A program made the position numbers and the translations under genes. The notes beneath the pieces are model-generated. The model ran no database searches. It saw only the letters and a program-made list of their open reading frames with translations, and had not been told where the DNA came from. DNA of 40,599 nt from a virus. Taxonomy: Duplodnaviria > Caudoviricetes. Shown piece by piece: positions 11,301-19,918 of the stretch. Each line of letters begins with the position of its first letter. Position 1 is the stretch's first letter. The stretch spans positions 1-40,599 of IMG/VR virus record IMGVR_UViG_3300049070_000075; one strand, written 5' to 3'.

Positions 11301-12522
11301 CATGATATTTAAGACTTTCGTTATATGTATCAGTAAGATTTTTAAGCTGTGTTTCTTGTACCCCTATATCTCTAGCCAAGTCTCCTATTTTGGATGAGGC
11401 ATTTTCAGCCGCCTTTGCCTGTTTATCTGTTGCTCCACCTACTTGAGTAGTTAAAGTTATATTCTCATTAAATACTTTGTTTAATTGGCCTGCTATTTCT
11501 GCAAAAGGTTTCATCTTTCCTTCAGCATCAAATATGGAAATTCCATACTGTTGCATAGCGTCTTTAACTTCATCGGTAGGATCACTCAGTCGAGTTAAAA
11601 GAGTTTTGAATGAAGTACCAGCATCACTACCCGATGAAAAATTAGAAGCAGTAGCAGCCAAAACAGTATTAAAATCTGAATAATCTACGCCTAATTGAGC
11701 CGCTATACCACCAGCATTAGACAAAGCCAATGAGTAATCTTCAGCACTAAATTTAGTCTGAATTAAAACCCCTGAAATTCCATCTGCAACAGTAGATAAA
11801 TCCTTAGCATCAATTCCAAATTGAGCCATTGCATCAGTCGCAATTGTGGCAGCGACAGTAAAATCGCTCCCTGTTGCATTGGCTAATTGAACTGTTCCTT
11901 TGGCAGCACCATCTAAAATTTGCTCTAATTCTAAGCCATTAGCAGCAAGCATTTCTATAGCTTGTCCTGCCTGGGTAGCATTTACAGTTAATCCAGGATC
12001 TAAAGCCAAATCGGTCATTAAGGTTTTGAGAGGCATGGCAGCGTCTTTAGTTGTTCCAAGTGTGGCGGCAATTTGGGCTAATTGATGATCTACGTCCATA
12101 GCCGCCTTTACACCTGACACACCAAAGGCTGTTACCATTCCTATACCTAAAGCAGTCACTCCACCTAAAGCTTTAGTAGCAGTTAAACCGATATTAAGAA
12201 TAGAAGTGCCTATGCCAGATAAACCAGTTGTTAAAGATGGAAGATTGAGAGAATTAAAACTACCACCTAAAGATTTTATTCCACTGGCAGCACCAGAAGC
12301 ACTCCCCCCCATAGCAGCAAATGAACCGTTGGCATTTCTCAATCGACCATTGGCATCAACGAAAGTTTTATTCATATCTTCAAAAGCATCGTTGACTTTC
12401 TTTGCACCGTCTTGGGTTTTCTTAACCATATCATCGACGGTTTTATTATATTCTTTTGAACCTGATTTCAATCCTTTATTATCAATTTCGGATTGAAGTC
12501 CTATTTTTGAATCGTCTGCCAT
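8302..12522 (-). CDS. tail tape measure protein (TP901-family core)
   Basis: 1406 aa; AGQAIEML..NG, LANAT.SD...AA and GSDAGTSFK motifs; helical aromatic repeats, hydrophobic segments and a C-terminal IASPSK. Confidence 0.93.
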   Translation of the reverse strand: MADDSKIGLQSEIDNKGLKSGSKEYNKTVDDMVKKTQDGAKKVNDAFEDMNKTFVDANGRLRNANGSFAAMGGSASGAASGIKSLGGSFNSLNLPSLTTGLSGIGTSILNIGLTATKALGGVTALGIGMVTAFGVSGVKAAMDVDHQLAQIAATLGTTKDAAMPLKTLMTDLALDPGLTVNATQAGQAIEMLAANGLELEQILDGAAKGTVQLANATGSDFTVAATIATDAMAQFGIDAKDLSTVADGISGVLIQTKFSAEDYSLALSNAGGIAAQLGVDYSDFNTVLAATASNFSSGSDAGTSFKTLLTRLSDPTDEVKDAMQQYGISIFDAEGKMKPFAEIAGQLNKVFNENITLTTQVGGATDKQAKAAENASSKIGDLARDIGVQETQLKNLTDTYNESLKYHDASEMGMKNQALAIQKLTNNITDNKEKLGEYQGAIDLVNNAQTETITTTKKLTEEEKAKLATILGGTDAMRTVLGLAEMTEDEFRTLSGEVNKNGLAAESAATRVDSLKGAWEIFKGIIEAIQIQLGDKFLPIIRSVTEAFSKFASENSSKVVDAFGLIATGIDNFINKGKLLFSIFQSEGTGGLVAALGLTPQTLELISKMTTLFTDLGSTITSSFSGLGEFSFLDTINTSIEFVNRHFEEFKGILLGVGAVLAGGVFVALVAGVMSLLTPINLIIAAAGLLGAAWMGNWGNIQGIVGSVVAYLTEQFTTLSTLVQPAITSIQQSFGQLTATFGSGKGLLDSFLVGLSAIGTFIVSTLIPAWVQWIGFLSGVAASAFSLWVQYIQTAYGAFQSLSSFIQSDVVPVFLSMNDGISLIVDVMASLGNLLNAVVGKALEAMAGIWKNILQPALVQVGNSLRDNIMPYFTSLGATVKSDVSPVLKDLGEVVFPILNEGIEMVIQAIKDMIGYFNSMADTVASFSLPDILTPGSPPPMAYALMDIAGGAQQATNAIAGMQQGMLGSAASADRFIDSLNMGGFAANSMLSNWNDVRDILKLNISGNMGRLASGELSGADLPRILGEQARAWNVPPQMLQGIAEAQGLFSHFSDTFLAFQKQIRIENLGNMMQMAGSWSSAGSTLADMLQKQMGNMEGAKKATDKYHDSNKKLNDGNIKLTDTLLEQEEKLSILNRELSELTTNENQDLIAIDKKKIAIRELTEEMDKNRLSIEKNNQAIIDSKKEFNELAKGDNAERMAFLKEFLDSGKESITLADEMLHGAFEGQMSYIFWDKVSAQEEYNRLLEEQKRKEELITRQKEAQEKLDKLKVQLDLLKLGQSLGGDIFSGMKFGLDASVEDLLAATNAVTMALVDQINSDLQIASPSKVLMKKGLQAGQGLALGIEKSKGMLQSAMGRVGNKLVSSSSTIYNSNNYNFGNMNFGGNSSGNPQLNGMMFRKYVRQNI

Positions 12523-12843
12523 TTACCTTTTTCTACCCGCTTTTACTTTATCTTCTTTGGCTTTCTTCTTAGCTTTTCTTTCCGCTTCTTCTTCTTCAAA
12601 TGCTGCCATTTTGTTTTTATGGTTCCACCATGATAGGAGTTCCCCCCTATCTTCTTTAGGTAGCTTCCTGAATTCCATAGGCCATTTCTGGAATTCTTTC
12701 GCTATCTCTATCTCCAAAAACCTCTGACTGTAAGTCCAATGCCCCTCGCTCGGCTTCGTCAAAAGCTGAAATAATAAAGTTGAGTTGTTGTTTTCTGGCT
12801 CTATCCATGTTACCTCGAAAAAATGCCCTGAATTTCTCAGCAT
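12523..12843 (-). CDS. tail assembly chaperone C-terminal frame (gpT-like), probably reached by frameshift
   Basis: Overlaps the chaperone gene in its +1 frame and abuts TMP; W.P.EF..LP-like motif. Confidence 0.65.
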   Translation of the reverse strand: MLRNSGHFFEVTWIEPENNNSTLLFQLLTKPSEGHWTYSQRFLEIEIAKEFQKWPMEFRKLPKEDRGELLSWWNHKNKMAAFEEEEAERKAKKKAKEDKVKAGRKR

Positions 12844-13351
12844 CCTCCTTAGATAAGTCCATTCCTGCTATAATACTTTCATAATTTAATTTGGCTATAT
12901 CATCTGAGGTATGGAGTAATTCAGTCATTGCATATTGATATTTTCTCTCAGAACCATTTGCAGGAAGGGCTACACCTGAAATGTATTCATATTCCTCTGC
13001 CCATTCTGTCAGTTTATTATCTGGTATCATTGAAAAATCAATAGCTTTCAAACAGAGAAATTTAACCATTGCTGTATTCTGTTCTTTTTCTAACCGATTA
13101 ACAGCATCTTGATGTAAAGCTAAGATTTCCTTTTCCTCATCTGTGATAACATTAGTGTCATCTAAGATTTCTTTTTGTTTTCCCCCTCCCATAACTTCAA
13201 ACTCTCTTGTGGGAGGGTCTAAAGGTTCATTCCTTTTTTTGAAATCTTTTTTAATGGCATTTTTTATAGTGTTTAATTGTTCTTCATTGATTGGAAGATA
13301 ATAAATCTTATCTCCCTTTGAGTTTACAAAACTTAATTCTTTTTTAGACAT
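12656..13351 (-). CDS. tail assembly chaperone (gpG-like)
   Basis: Canonical position between tail tube and TMP; acidic and helical; SD AGGGGG. Confidence 0.7.
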   Translation of the reverse strand: MSKKELSFVNSKGDKIYYLPINEEQLNTIKNAIKKDFKKRNEPLDPPTREFEVMGGGKQKEILDDTNVITDEEKEILALHQDAVNRLEKEQNTAMVKFLCLKAIDFSMIPDNKLTEWAEEYEYISGVALPANGSERKYQYAMTELLHTSDDIAKLNYESIIAGMDLSKEDAEKFRAFFRGNMDRARKQQLNFIISAFDEAERGALDLQSEVFGDRDSERIPEMAYGIQEAT

Positions 13352-13368
13352 TTTTGCCCCCTTATAAA

Positions 13369-13422
13369 AATAACACGGGACTATCTAGCAGGGGGAAGAA
13401 AGACTAGATAGCCCGTGTTATT
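13369..13422 (-). terminator. long hairpin (terminator or regulatory RNA) after the tail tube gene
   Basis: 19-bp stem with one bulge, 15-nt loop, followed by a T-run on the minus strand. Confidence 0.7.
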
Positions 13423-13451
13423 CACAGTATTAAACTCCCCCTATCAAACTA

Positions 13452-14963
13452 TTAAACCCCTGTCTGAATACTGTTGTTAGCCTTATAGACTACAGCAGTA
13501 CCTCCTGTAGGTTGGCCTACAGCATACATTAGATTGGCTGAAGTCATCCATACAGAGTTTAATCCAGCATTAGTGACATTATTGGTATATTGTTTCCAAG
13601 TATAACCACCATCGTGAGTTCGGAAGAATGAACCAACAGGGCCAGCGGTATTAGAAACAAAAACACCATTCCATTTATCCAACCAATGCATAGAACGAAC
13701 TTGTCCAACATCGGTATTAGCAAAAGAAGTTCTTTGTGTCCAGGTAGTACCACCATCTAACGAGTAGAATAAATCCCCATCGTCAGTACCTACCCAAATC
13801 CTATTCTTGTCTAACCTGGCACAAGAGATAATATCCCCACCTGTACCTACAGCAGTAGCAGCACTCCAAGAATCCCCGCCATTATTAGTAATGGCGATAA
13901 TATCACCTACTGCACCAGCCACACCATATTGTTTATCAGCAAAATGGATGCATTTGTAATTACCAGTTGTAACAACTCCACTGTCTTTTGCTGTCCAAGT
14001 TGCGCCGCCATCAACCGATTTATAAATATATCCGGCAAAAGTAGCCATCCAAATGAAGTAAGGATCGTAAGGAAACGCAAATAAACCTTTTCCATAAGTT
14101 GCACCATGTCCAGCAGTAGCGCCTCCAACTGATACCGTAGTCCAACTAACCCCATCATTATCAGAGTAGAAAATCTGCCCCTGGGTAGTTGTTACACCAG
14201 TTTTGGAAGTAATAGTTCTAACAGTGTTGTTAATATGCACTCGGATAACTGCACTCAAATCATCATCGTTTGCGCCAGGTAGGGCAGCAGCAACAGTCCA
14301 AGTTACGCCACCATTTGTAGTAAAATATGGTTTTGGTTTAGCCCCTGATGCACTATCGGTAACAATTACACCTCTATCTCCTTTTTTGTAAGTAACCCCG
14401 CAATTGCTATCACATTCATCGTCAACATTCATCGCAATGTCGTTAGCTTTATCAACGTTTGCAAAAGTCATCCTATTGACGGTCACTGCAAAAGAAGTAA
14501 CAGCAGGAGGAGCAGCTTGTAAATCAACGTTGTACATTGAAACAGTATCTTCATCTCTTGTCACCATTCCTTGATAAGTGTAATTAGTAATCAAACTATC
14601 AGACAAAAGAATAAGACGCTCAAAATTGTTATGGTCAGTTAAAAGTCCACATTCTTGTTGTTTTACATAAACTGCAAAACCACAATCTCTATCTTTCAAA
14701 TCTTCTAACCAATCAGCCTTCTTAGTTAGCAAATTTTCAAATGAAAAATCTAGTGGTTCAAATGCGCTTTTGGTATAGCCTTTTGTGACATACTCGCCAT
14801 TTGCTCCAGTACCCAATACCAACTCAATACCCCCTAGAGAGGCAGAAATATCTCCGAGTGTTCGGCAAAACAAAGGATAGACCTGGGTATTAGGCCCATC
14901 CGGTTGAATAAAAGTAAGACCATCTGGTTTACTTGTTAAAGCTCTATCGCCAACAATAGGCAT
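13452..14963 (-). CDS. putative major tail (tube) protein with C-terminal Asp-box/BNR (Ycf48-like) beta-propeller
   Basis: Directly precedes the chaperone and TMP genes; six Asp-box repeats: TTNGGVTW, SDNDGVSW, SVDGGATW, TNNGGDSW, SLDGGTTW, THDGGYTW. Confidence 0.7.
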   Translation of the reverse strand: MPIVGDRALTSKPDGLTFIQPDGPNTQVYPLFCRTLGDISASLGGIELVLGTGANGEYVTKGYTKSAFEPLDFSFENLLTKKADWLEDLKDRDCGFAVYVKQQECGLLTDHNNFERLILLSDSLITNYTYQGMVTRDEDTVSMYNVDLQAAPPAVTSFAVTVNRMTFANVDKANDIAMNVDDECDSNCGVTYKKGDRGVIVTDSASGAKPKPYFTTNGGVTWTVAAALPGANDDDLSAVIRVHINNTVRTITSKTGVTTTQGQIFYSDNDGVSWTTVSVGGATAGHGATYGKGLFAFPYDPYFIWMATFAGYIYKSVDGGATWTAKDSGVVTTGNYKCIHFADKQYGVAGAVGDIIAITNNGGDSWSAATAVGTGGDIISCARLDKNRIWVGTDDGDLFYSLDGGTTWTQRTSFANTDVGQVRSMHWLDKWNGVFVSNTAGPVGSFFRTHDGGYTWKQYTNNVTNAGLNSVWMTSANLMYAVGQPTGGTAVVYKANNSIQTGV

Positions 14964-14982
14964 GTTCTAGTTCCTTTCGTAA

Positions 14983-15273
14983 TTATTCGGTAAGTGAGTT
15001 TTGATGTTGTCTAGCTATTTCTCTGATAGCCGATAGATCAATAGCATAAGCAGATTGCAACGCACTAATCACAAGATTAGGTTTGGTTGCTACATCTTCA
15101 TAAGTGAATAGTTCAAACTCATGAAGTTTCTTTTCAATGTCTTTTGGAGTAAGTGTTAATTTAATCAACTTGCTCCAAGGTACTTTATCTGTTTTTTCCT
15201 CTTCTAACTTTTTTAACGTTAAAGGGATTTCTTCTTGTGGTAATTCCGTTTGTAGTTCTTCTTGTTTTTTCAT
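14983..15273 (-). CDS. hypothetical protein
   Basis: 96-aa ORF in the tail operon. Confidence 0.65.
   Translation of the reverse strand: MKKQEELQTELPQEEIPLTLKKLEEEKTDKVPWSKLIKLTLTPKDIEKKLHEFELFTYEDVATKPNLVISALQSAYAIDLSAIREIARQHQNSLTE
15202..15223 (-). repeat. dispersed 22-bp motif, copy 3 (exact, intragenic)
   Basis: Exact consensus on the minus strand; read as LTLKKLE. Confidence 0.95.
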
Positions 15274-15281
15274 ATCAACCT

Positions 15282-15797
15282 TTATAGTTTATGTCCTGAT
15301 TGACTAGCCCATTCATCCAATGCCCTTTTCATCGCATCAAAAAATGGTTTTCTCCATTTAGGCATAATTATCTTACTGAAATTTCTAGCTTTTATACCAG
15401 GATGAGTAACACCTTTAGAGTAGATTGTTTCACCTGTAGGCCCTCCTGATTGTGAACGAATTTGACCTATAACAGTTTTGGCATTATATCCTGATGAAAA
15501 TTTTAATCTCTTAGCTCTTTTTGGTTTGATCTCATAAGGCCCTTCAGTACCATCATGAACAAACTGATAAATATCGCCTATAAGATCATTTGTAATTCTT
15601 ACTCCATTGTCATCTATTTCTACTTTTACAATTTGTTGAGGTTTACTTTCAGCACTCCAAGTCGAATAAGTTTTCTCAAAGTCTCGTTTAATTCCATCAG
15701 CATAGGGTCTAGCATGTTTTTCAAGTTTTGCTCTTAGACCATTTAATTTCAACTTTTTAGGCGAAATAGGTTTGTACATTACTGGCATTAGGTACAA
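15282..15797 (-). CDS. tail completion / HK97 gp10-like neck protein
   Basis: Basic; FVHDGT...IKPK...L.F and VTHPGIKAR.F motifs; position. Confidence 0.65.
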   Translation of the reverse strand: MYLMPVMYKPISPKKLKLNGLRAKLEKHARPYADGIKRDFEKTYSTWSAESKPQQIVKVEIDDNGVRITNDLIGDIYQFVHDGTEGPYEIKPKRAKRLKFSSGYNAKTVIGQIRSQSGGPTGETIYSKGVTHPGIKARNFSKIIMPKWRKPFFDAMKRALDEWASQSGHKL

Positions 15798-16285
15798 CCT
15801 CCCCCTAATCCAATAACCCTAAAGGTCACAGTAAAACCGTGAAAAAAATTAGTGCTGCCAACAGGGTAATTTAGATTCCCTTGATAACCACTATAAAGAA
15901 ATGGTTGAGAAACATCTATATAAATTAAATTGTCAGGGGTATCTACTAATTTTCTTGAATAATCTTGATACAAATAAGTTTGACCATCAAAATAGGTATT
16001 TCTAAAAGCATCTGATAAATTTGCGGCTAACACTCTCAAAGGCCCATAAAAGCCTTTCTCAGCACGTTCTAATAAAATAACACTTGTCAAGTTAAAAATT
16101 ATTCGATTGTTAGCACAGTCCATAAAAAATTGAGTACCATCTGTTATATCAGTTAAGGAACAGGGTAATTGAAGGCTATCCAAAGAAGTAGGGTAATCCT
16201 CTAAATGAGGGGAAAATTCTATCCCTTTGATCTTTTCGTTGACATCTTGAATTGCATCAATTGTTTTATAAATCAATTCAGACAT
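15788..16285 (-). CDS. putative tail terminator protein
   Basis: Size, LP.S motif and C-terminal beta strand; position between neck and tail tube genes. Confidence 0.5.
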   Translation of the reverse strand: MSELIYKTIDAIQDVNEKIKGIEFSPHLEDYPTSLDSLQLPCSLTDITDGTQFFMDCANNRIIFNLTSVILLERAEKGFYGPLRVLAANLSDAFRNTYFDGQTYLYQDYSRKLVDTPDNLIYIDVSQPFLYSGYQGNLNYPVGSTNFFHGFTVTFRVIGLGGGCT

Positions 16286-16590
16286 TAAATAATAGCCTTA
16301 AATAATTCTCTACGTTTATAAGTATTTGAACCACAAATGAATGTAATTTCAACAGCGTATAAATAACCTTTTAGGAAACCACTTACACTAGGCCATGTAA
16401 TAACATCACCATCTATAGTAGCACTACCTGAGACAATTGAACTTGTAACAGTTTGACCAGTAGTTAAATTTTTAGCTACCACACTACTGACAGTAGGGCT
16501 TCCTCCATAATCTTCTGTATCAGTTGAGAAAACTAATACATCTGCAATAGAGACATATACAGGTGATTGTTCAAAGTCTAATTGGTTCAT
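16285..16590 (-). CDS. small Ig-like virion protein (fibre adaptor-like)
   Basis: 101 aa, beta-rich, G..KG.LY.V motif; coupled to its neighbours. Confidence 0.5.
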   Translation of the reverse strand: MNQLDFEQSPVYVSIADVLVFSTDTEDYGGSPTVSSVVAKNLTTGQTVTSSIVSGSATIDGDVITWPSVSGFLKGYLYAVEITFICGSNTYKRRELFKAII

Positions 16591-17231
16591 GAAGTAACGT
16601 TGATTAACATTCCCAAAGTATCAAATGTGATTGTAAAAGTACCATTGTTAGTAGTTTGGTTTCCACCAAAATCAATTAGACCAATTAAAGGACGTGTAGC
16701 ATCACTTCCAGGCGTTCTGTCATAGACAACAGCATATCTAGCGGTTATAGTTGAACTTGCCCATGAAGGATCGACGGCATCCCATTGAATTAGAGTTCTT
16801 CCTATATTTGTCCAAGTCACTGAAGAATTATCAACTACTGTAACACCTATAGTAGTAGGCCATGTAGGTTCAGTAGAAGCATGAGAAGTTCCTGCTACAC
16901 TCGCTCTATACAAAAACCCATTGCCTGATGTTGGCCTAACAATTCTACCCAAACTATAAGCTGTTGCAGTTGCCCATGTTGTTGCCCATGAGTTAGCAGC
17001 GGTTATAGTTATAGTTTTACTACCAAGTGTAGCACCATTGGCTGTGTAACCTGTTCCGGATACTTCATTGGCAACTACATCATCCCAAAAATCATGAGTT
17101 GCTAAATTAGGCGTATAAGAACTTGTTACGAGAGCAATATTTATAGTATCACTCAAATAATCTATGTTAGGGGCATTACCTGATGAAGTTGAGCCAAAAG
17201 CGTTAGTTAATGCTGAAGCATACCATTGCAT
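16587..17231 (-). CDS. virion structural protein with inserted W..TAY..G carbohydrate-binding-like module
   Basis: ID...DTI.IAL, NEVSGTGY.A.G and ARYAV.Y motifs, interrupted by WATATAYSLG...EPTWP...VTW. Confidence 0.6.
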   Translation of the reverse strand: MQWYASALTNAFGSTSSGNAPNIDYLSDTINIALVTSSYTPNLATHDFWDDVVANEVSGTGYTANGATLGSKTITITAANSWATTWATATAYSLGRIVRPTSGNGFLYRASVAGTSHASTEPTWPTTIGVTVVDNSSVTWTNIGRTLIQWDAVDPSWASSTITARYAVVYDRTPGSDATRPLIGLIDFGGNQTTNNGTFTITFDTLGMLINVTS

Positions 17232-17995
17232 TATGTAATTTTCCTAAGAGTTAAACTAGATGATCTTTTGCTAAGTGTTAAAGTATCCTGTCTTTTTCCT
17301 AAAGTTAATGGTATAGGATTTTCAGGAGGATTAGTTATTGTTACAGTTGTTATTGATGCAATAGCGAGAGCTAGAATTGTACTGTCAGTTATTGATATTC
17401 CTGTTGAAACAATAGATGTTGTTTCAAAACCTAAAGAAGTTAAAACAACATCTTGAATAATAATTCTCGGAGTATCGACAGTCTCAAATGCAGTTGATAG
17501 ATTAACCGTATCATTTATATTTATTCCTGTTGAAAATGAATCAACAGTTTCAAAATTACTTGATAATTCATTAGTGTCTGATAAGTTAACCCCTGTTGAA
17601 AGAATATCAACAGAATAAATGCCAATTACTAAATCCGCTATATCAGAAATTGTTATAGAAACAGATACATTGTCACTCGTCGATAATCCGTTAGTTAAAT
17701 CGCTAGTATCAGTTACGGTTAATCCAGTAGATAAAGTTTCAACCGTAACAACGCTAATAGCTAATGTGACAGTATCGGCATAATTAACTCCAATTGATAA
17801 AGTATCAACAGTAGAAAGAGTTAATGATAAATCGTTAGTATCAGTAATTGTTATAGGTGTAGCAGCAATTACTAATCCTTCTTCAGGCTCAGTTCTTCGA
17901 TAATAGTCAAAACCTGAGTTATCTACTGCCCCTTTTAGAACAGGGGAAGGTTCACTGCGCCTATAATGATCGAAAGCGTTAACATCTATTGTCAT
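17231..17995 (-). CDS. Ser/Thr-rich repeat protein (about 8 x 22-aa repeats), putative fibre shaft
   Basis: Repeats such as TITDTNDLSLTLSTVDTLSIGV and NLSDTNELSSNFETVDSFSTGI. Confidence 0.65.
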   Translation of the reverse strand: MTIDVNAFDHYRRSEPSPVLKGAVDNSGFDYYRRTEPEEGLVIAATPITITDTNDLSLTLSTVDTLSIGVNYADTVTLAISVVTVETLSTGLTVTDTSDLTNGLSTSDNVSVSITISDIADLVIGIYSVDILSTGVNLSDTNELSSNFETVDSFSTGININDTVNLSTAFETVDTPRIIIQDVVLTSLGFETTSIVSTGISITDSTILALAIASITTVTITNPPENPIPLTLGKRQDTLTLSKRSSSLTLRKIT

Positions 17996-19503
17996 TGAAT
18001 ATTAAAATCATCGAAGAAGGCACAACCATTACCAGCACTAGAACGACTGATTAAACGAATGGTAACAATGCCTTTTCTAGTTGGAGTAAAATTTAATGAA
18101 AGCTGTTGCCACGTATCAACCCCATCAGTCATTGTTGCCGTCGCTTCACTTACTCCGCACTCTTCGCCATTCAATACTTTCATTTGTGGTTTATTGGTAG
18201 TTCCATGATTTGTATCATATCTACCATAAACTGAAATAGTTGTACTGACAGCATCGACAGGAACTATAAAGTCATGATCACCTGGGCCTGTTATTTTAAG
18301 AGAGTTTGAACCAGTTCTTACAGTAGTTGTTTCTTTAATTCCTGTGTCATGACGTTCAAAAGCACCAATTGATTTACTTGTTGATGCGCCTCCCGCTGGC
18401 CTGGGTCTATTCATAATGTCGGTTGTTAAAGAAACAGCTCCATCCGAACCAAAGCCTAACATCGGTGAACCTGTCATTGGCATTCCAGCGGGCTTAACAT
18501 TCATCCCACTATTCAGCCATTCATGTCCCCAACTCAGCATTCTGGCATAGCTATTATTTGAGATACTGTTACCCCCTGCGGTAACATTAGTCCTGACAGT
18601 TGCACCTGTAAGAACATTGTAGTTTTCTGTGATTTGTCCGGAAGTATTGGCGCTCATACAAGCACCTTGGCCTACTTCTATAATAGAATTATAAACCGTA
18701 CAAGGAATAGATGTTGCAATATTGGCATTATTTACAGATACTCCGCCTCTCCCACCAATAAGGCAGTTTTGAATATCAACTCCACCCCCCTTGAATGAAT
18801 TTGCTCCACTTCCAGTAATTAGAATAGTGGTATCCGCTCCTCCGTAAAGTAAACAATTCTTAATTAGAAAGTTACTGTCATAATCAGCAGAAGCAGAAGT
18901 TGGCAAATCAATCCTTATGCCCGTAATGTAAGGCCCTACAACAATACAACTGTCGATAACCCAATCAGCACTTTCGCCCGCTGTCCCTGTATATCGAATT
19001 ACCCCTGAATTGTTCCCATTCCCAGGATAAAAAGCGCATCTTCTAAATGTAATATTGCGAGAGTGGGCAGTATCAGCATCAATAATATTTCGCGTTGTTC
19101 CAGAACCACCATAAAGAACAATGTCTTGTAAAGTAAGATAATCCCTTCCATTTAGAGATATGGGGGCCGAGCTACTTGGGGCAGTAGTATCATTGGTTGT
19201 ATATGCCGTCCATATAATAGGGCCACTGTTAATTAATACTCCTCCACTTGTCTTAAATCCTTGAGCATTGGCGGGATCACCTAAAATCTGAAGCTCGGAA
19301 GTAGGCGAAGTTATGTTAACAGTAACAACTTCTCTATAAGTACCAGGAGCCAAGTAAACAATATCACCACTTACACCTACCCCACTAGTAGCTAATATTT
19401 TTCCAATGGTAGCATAGGGTTTATTGCTACCATGAGAAGCATCAGGGCCTAATCCGTTATTTGAATTATTTCCATTTACAGGGTCAATATAATACGTTGT
19501 CAC
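17992..19503 (-). CDS. beta-helix (pectin lyase-like) virion protein with C-terminal galactose-binding-like domain
   Basis: YYIDP.NG...N.G...PYATI and GD.VYLAPGTYRE start; RPAG...IGAFE; WQQLSL.F...FFDDF end. Confidence 0.7.
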   Translation of the reverse strand: MTTYYIDPVNGNNSNNGLGPDASHGSNKPYATIGKILATSGVGVSGDIVYLAPGTYREVVTVNITSPTSELQILGDPANAQGFKTSGGVLINSGPIIWTAYTTNDTTAPSSSAPISLNGRDYLTLQDIVLYGGSGTTRNIIDADTAHSRNITFRRCAFYPGNGNNSGVIRYTGTAGESADWVIDSCIVVGPYITGIRIDLPTSASADYDSNFLIKNCLLYGGADTTILITGSGANSFKGGGVDIQNCLIGGRGGVSVNNANIATSIPCTVYNSIIEVGQGACMSANTSGQITENYNVLTGATVRTNVTAGGNSISNNSYARMLSWGHEWLNSGMNVKPAGMPMTGSPMLGFGSDGAVSLTTDIMNRPRPAGGASTSKSIGAFERHDTGIKETTTVRTGSNSLKITGPGDHDFIVPVDAVSTTISVYGRYDTNHGTTNKPQMKVLNGEECGVSEATATMTDGVDTWQQLSLNFTPTRKGIVTIRLISRSSAGNGCAFFDDFNIQ

Positions 19504-19688
19504 TTATTAATCTCAATTTGAGTATTTAAGGCTATCAATTGAACATCATTTAACATTTGTTTAATCAGTTTTAATTCCTCCCTTACCATCACCATTTGTT
19601 CCTCTATTGTTGGCAATGGTGGAGGGGGAGGAGGCGTAGGTGTTTTACTTTTAATCGAAATTTGACTGATTAAACTTAAAAGCCTCAT
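19500..19688 (-). CDS. small proline-rich hypothetical protein
   Basis: Poly-Pro followed by a coiled coil; ATGA overlaps on both sides. Confidence 0.55.
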   Translation of the reverse strand: MRLLSLISQISIKSKTPTPPPPPPLPTIEEQMVMVREELKLIKQMLNDVQLIALNTQIEINK

Positions 19689-19918
19689 TGCAATCCTGCT
19701 TTCATAAAAACAATCATAGTTGCAATTTGGCTCATAATATATTCTCTTTGTTCAACCGATAAAGTAGACATTACGTTAGGAAATCTAATAGAATTCCCAC
19801 CTGTAAAATCTGCTATAACAGTTTCATCTTCGATAACTAAAGCAGTAATTTCATAAACAGGAACAATGACTTGAGCCGCGCTTTCAGGAATAATTGCAAA
19901 TGATTGTAAATCAGACAT
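19685..19918 (-). CDS. hypothetical protein, paralog of 19911..20156
   Basis: Shares M.D.Q.F...I.D(F/Y)TG.N.IR(F/Y)PN...KAGL with 19911..20156. Confidence 0.7.
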   Translation of the reverse strand: MSDLQSFAIIPESAAQVIVPVYEITALVIEDETVIADFTGGNSIRFPNVMSTLSVEQREYIMSQIATMIVFMKAGLQ

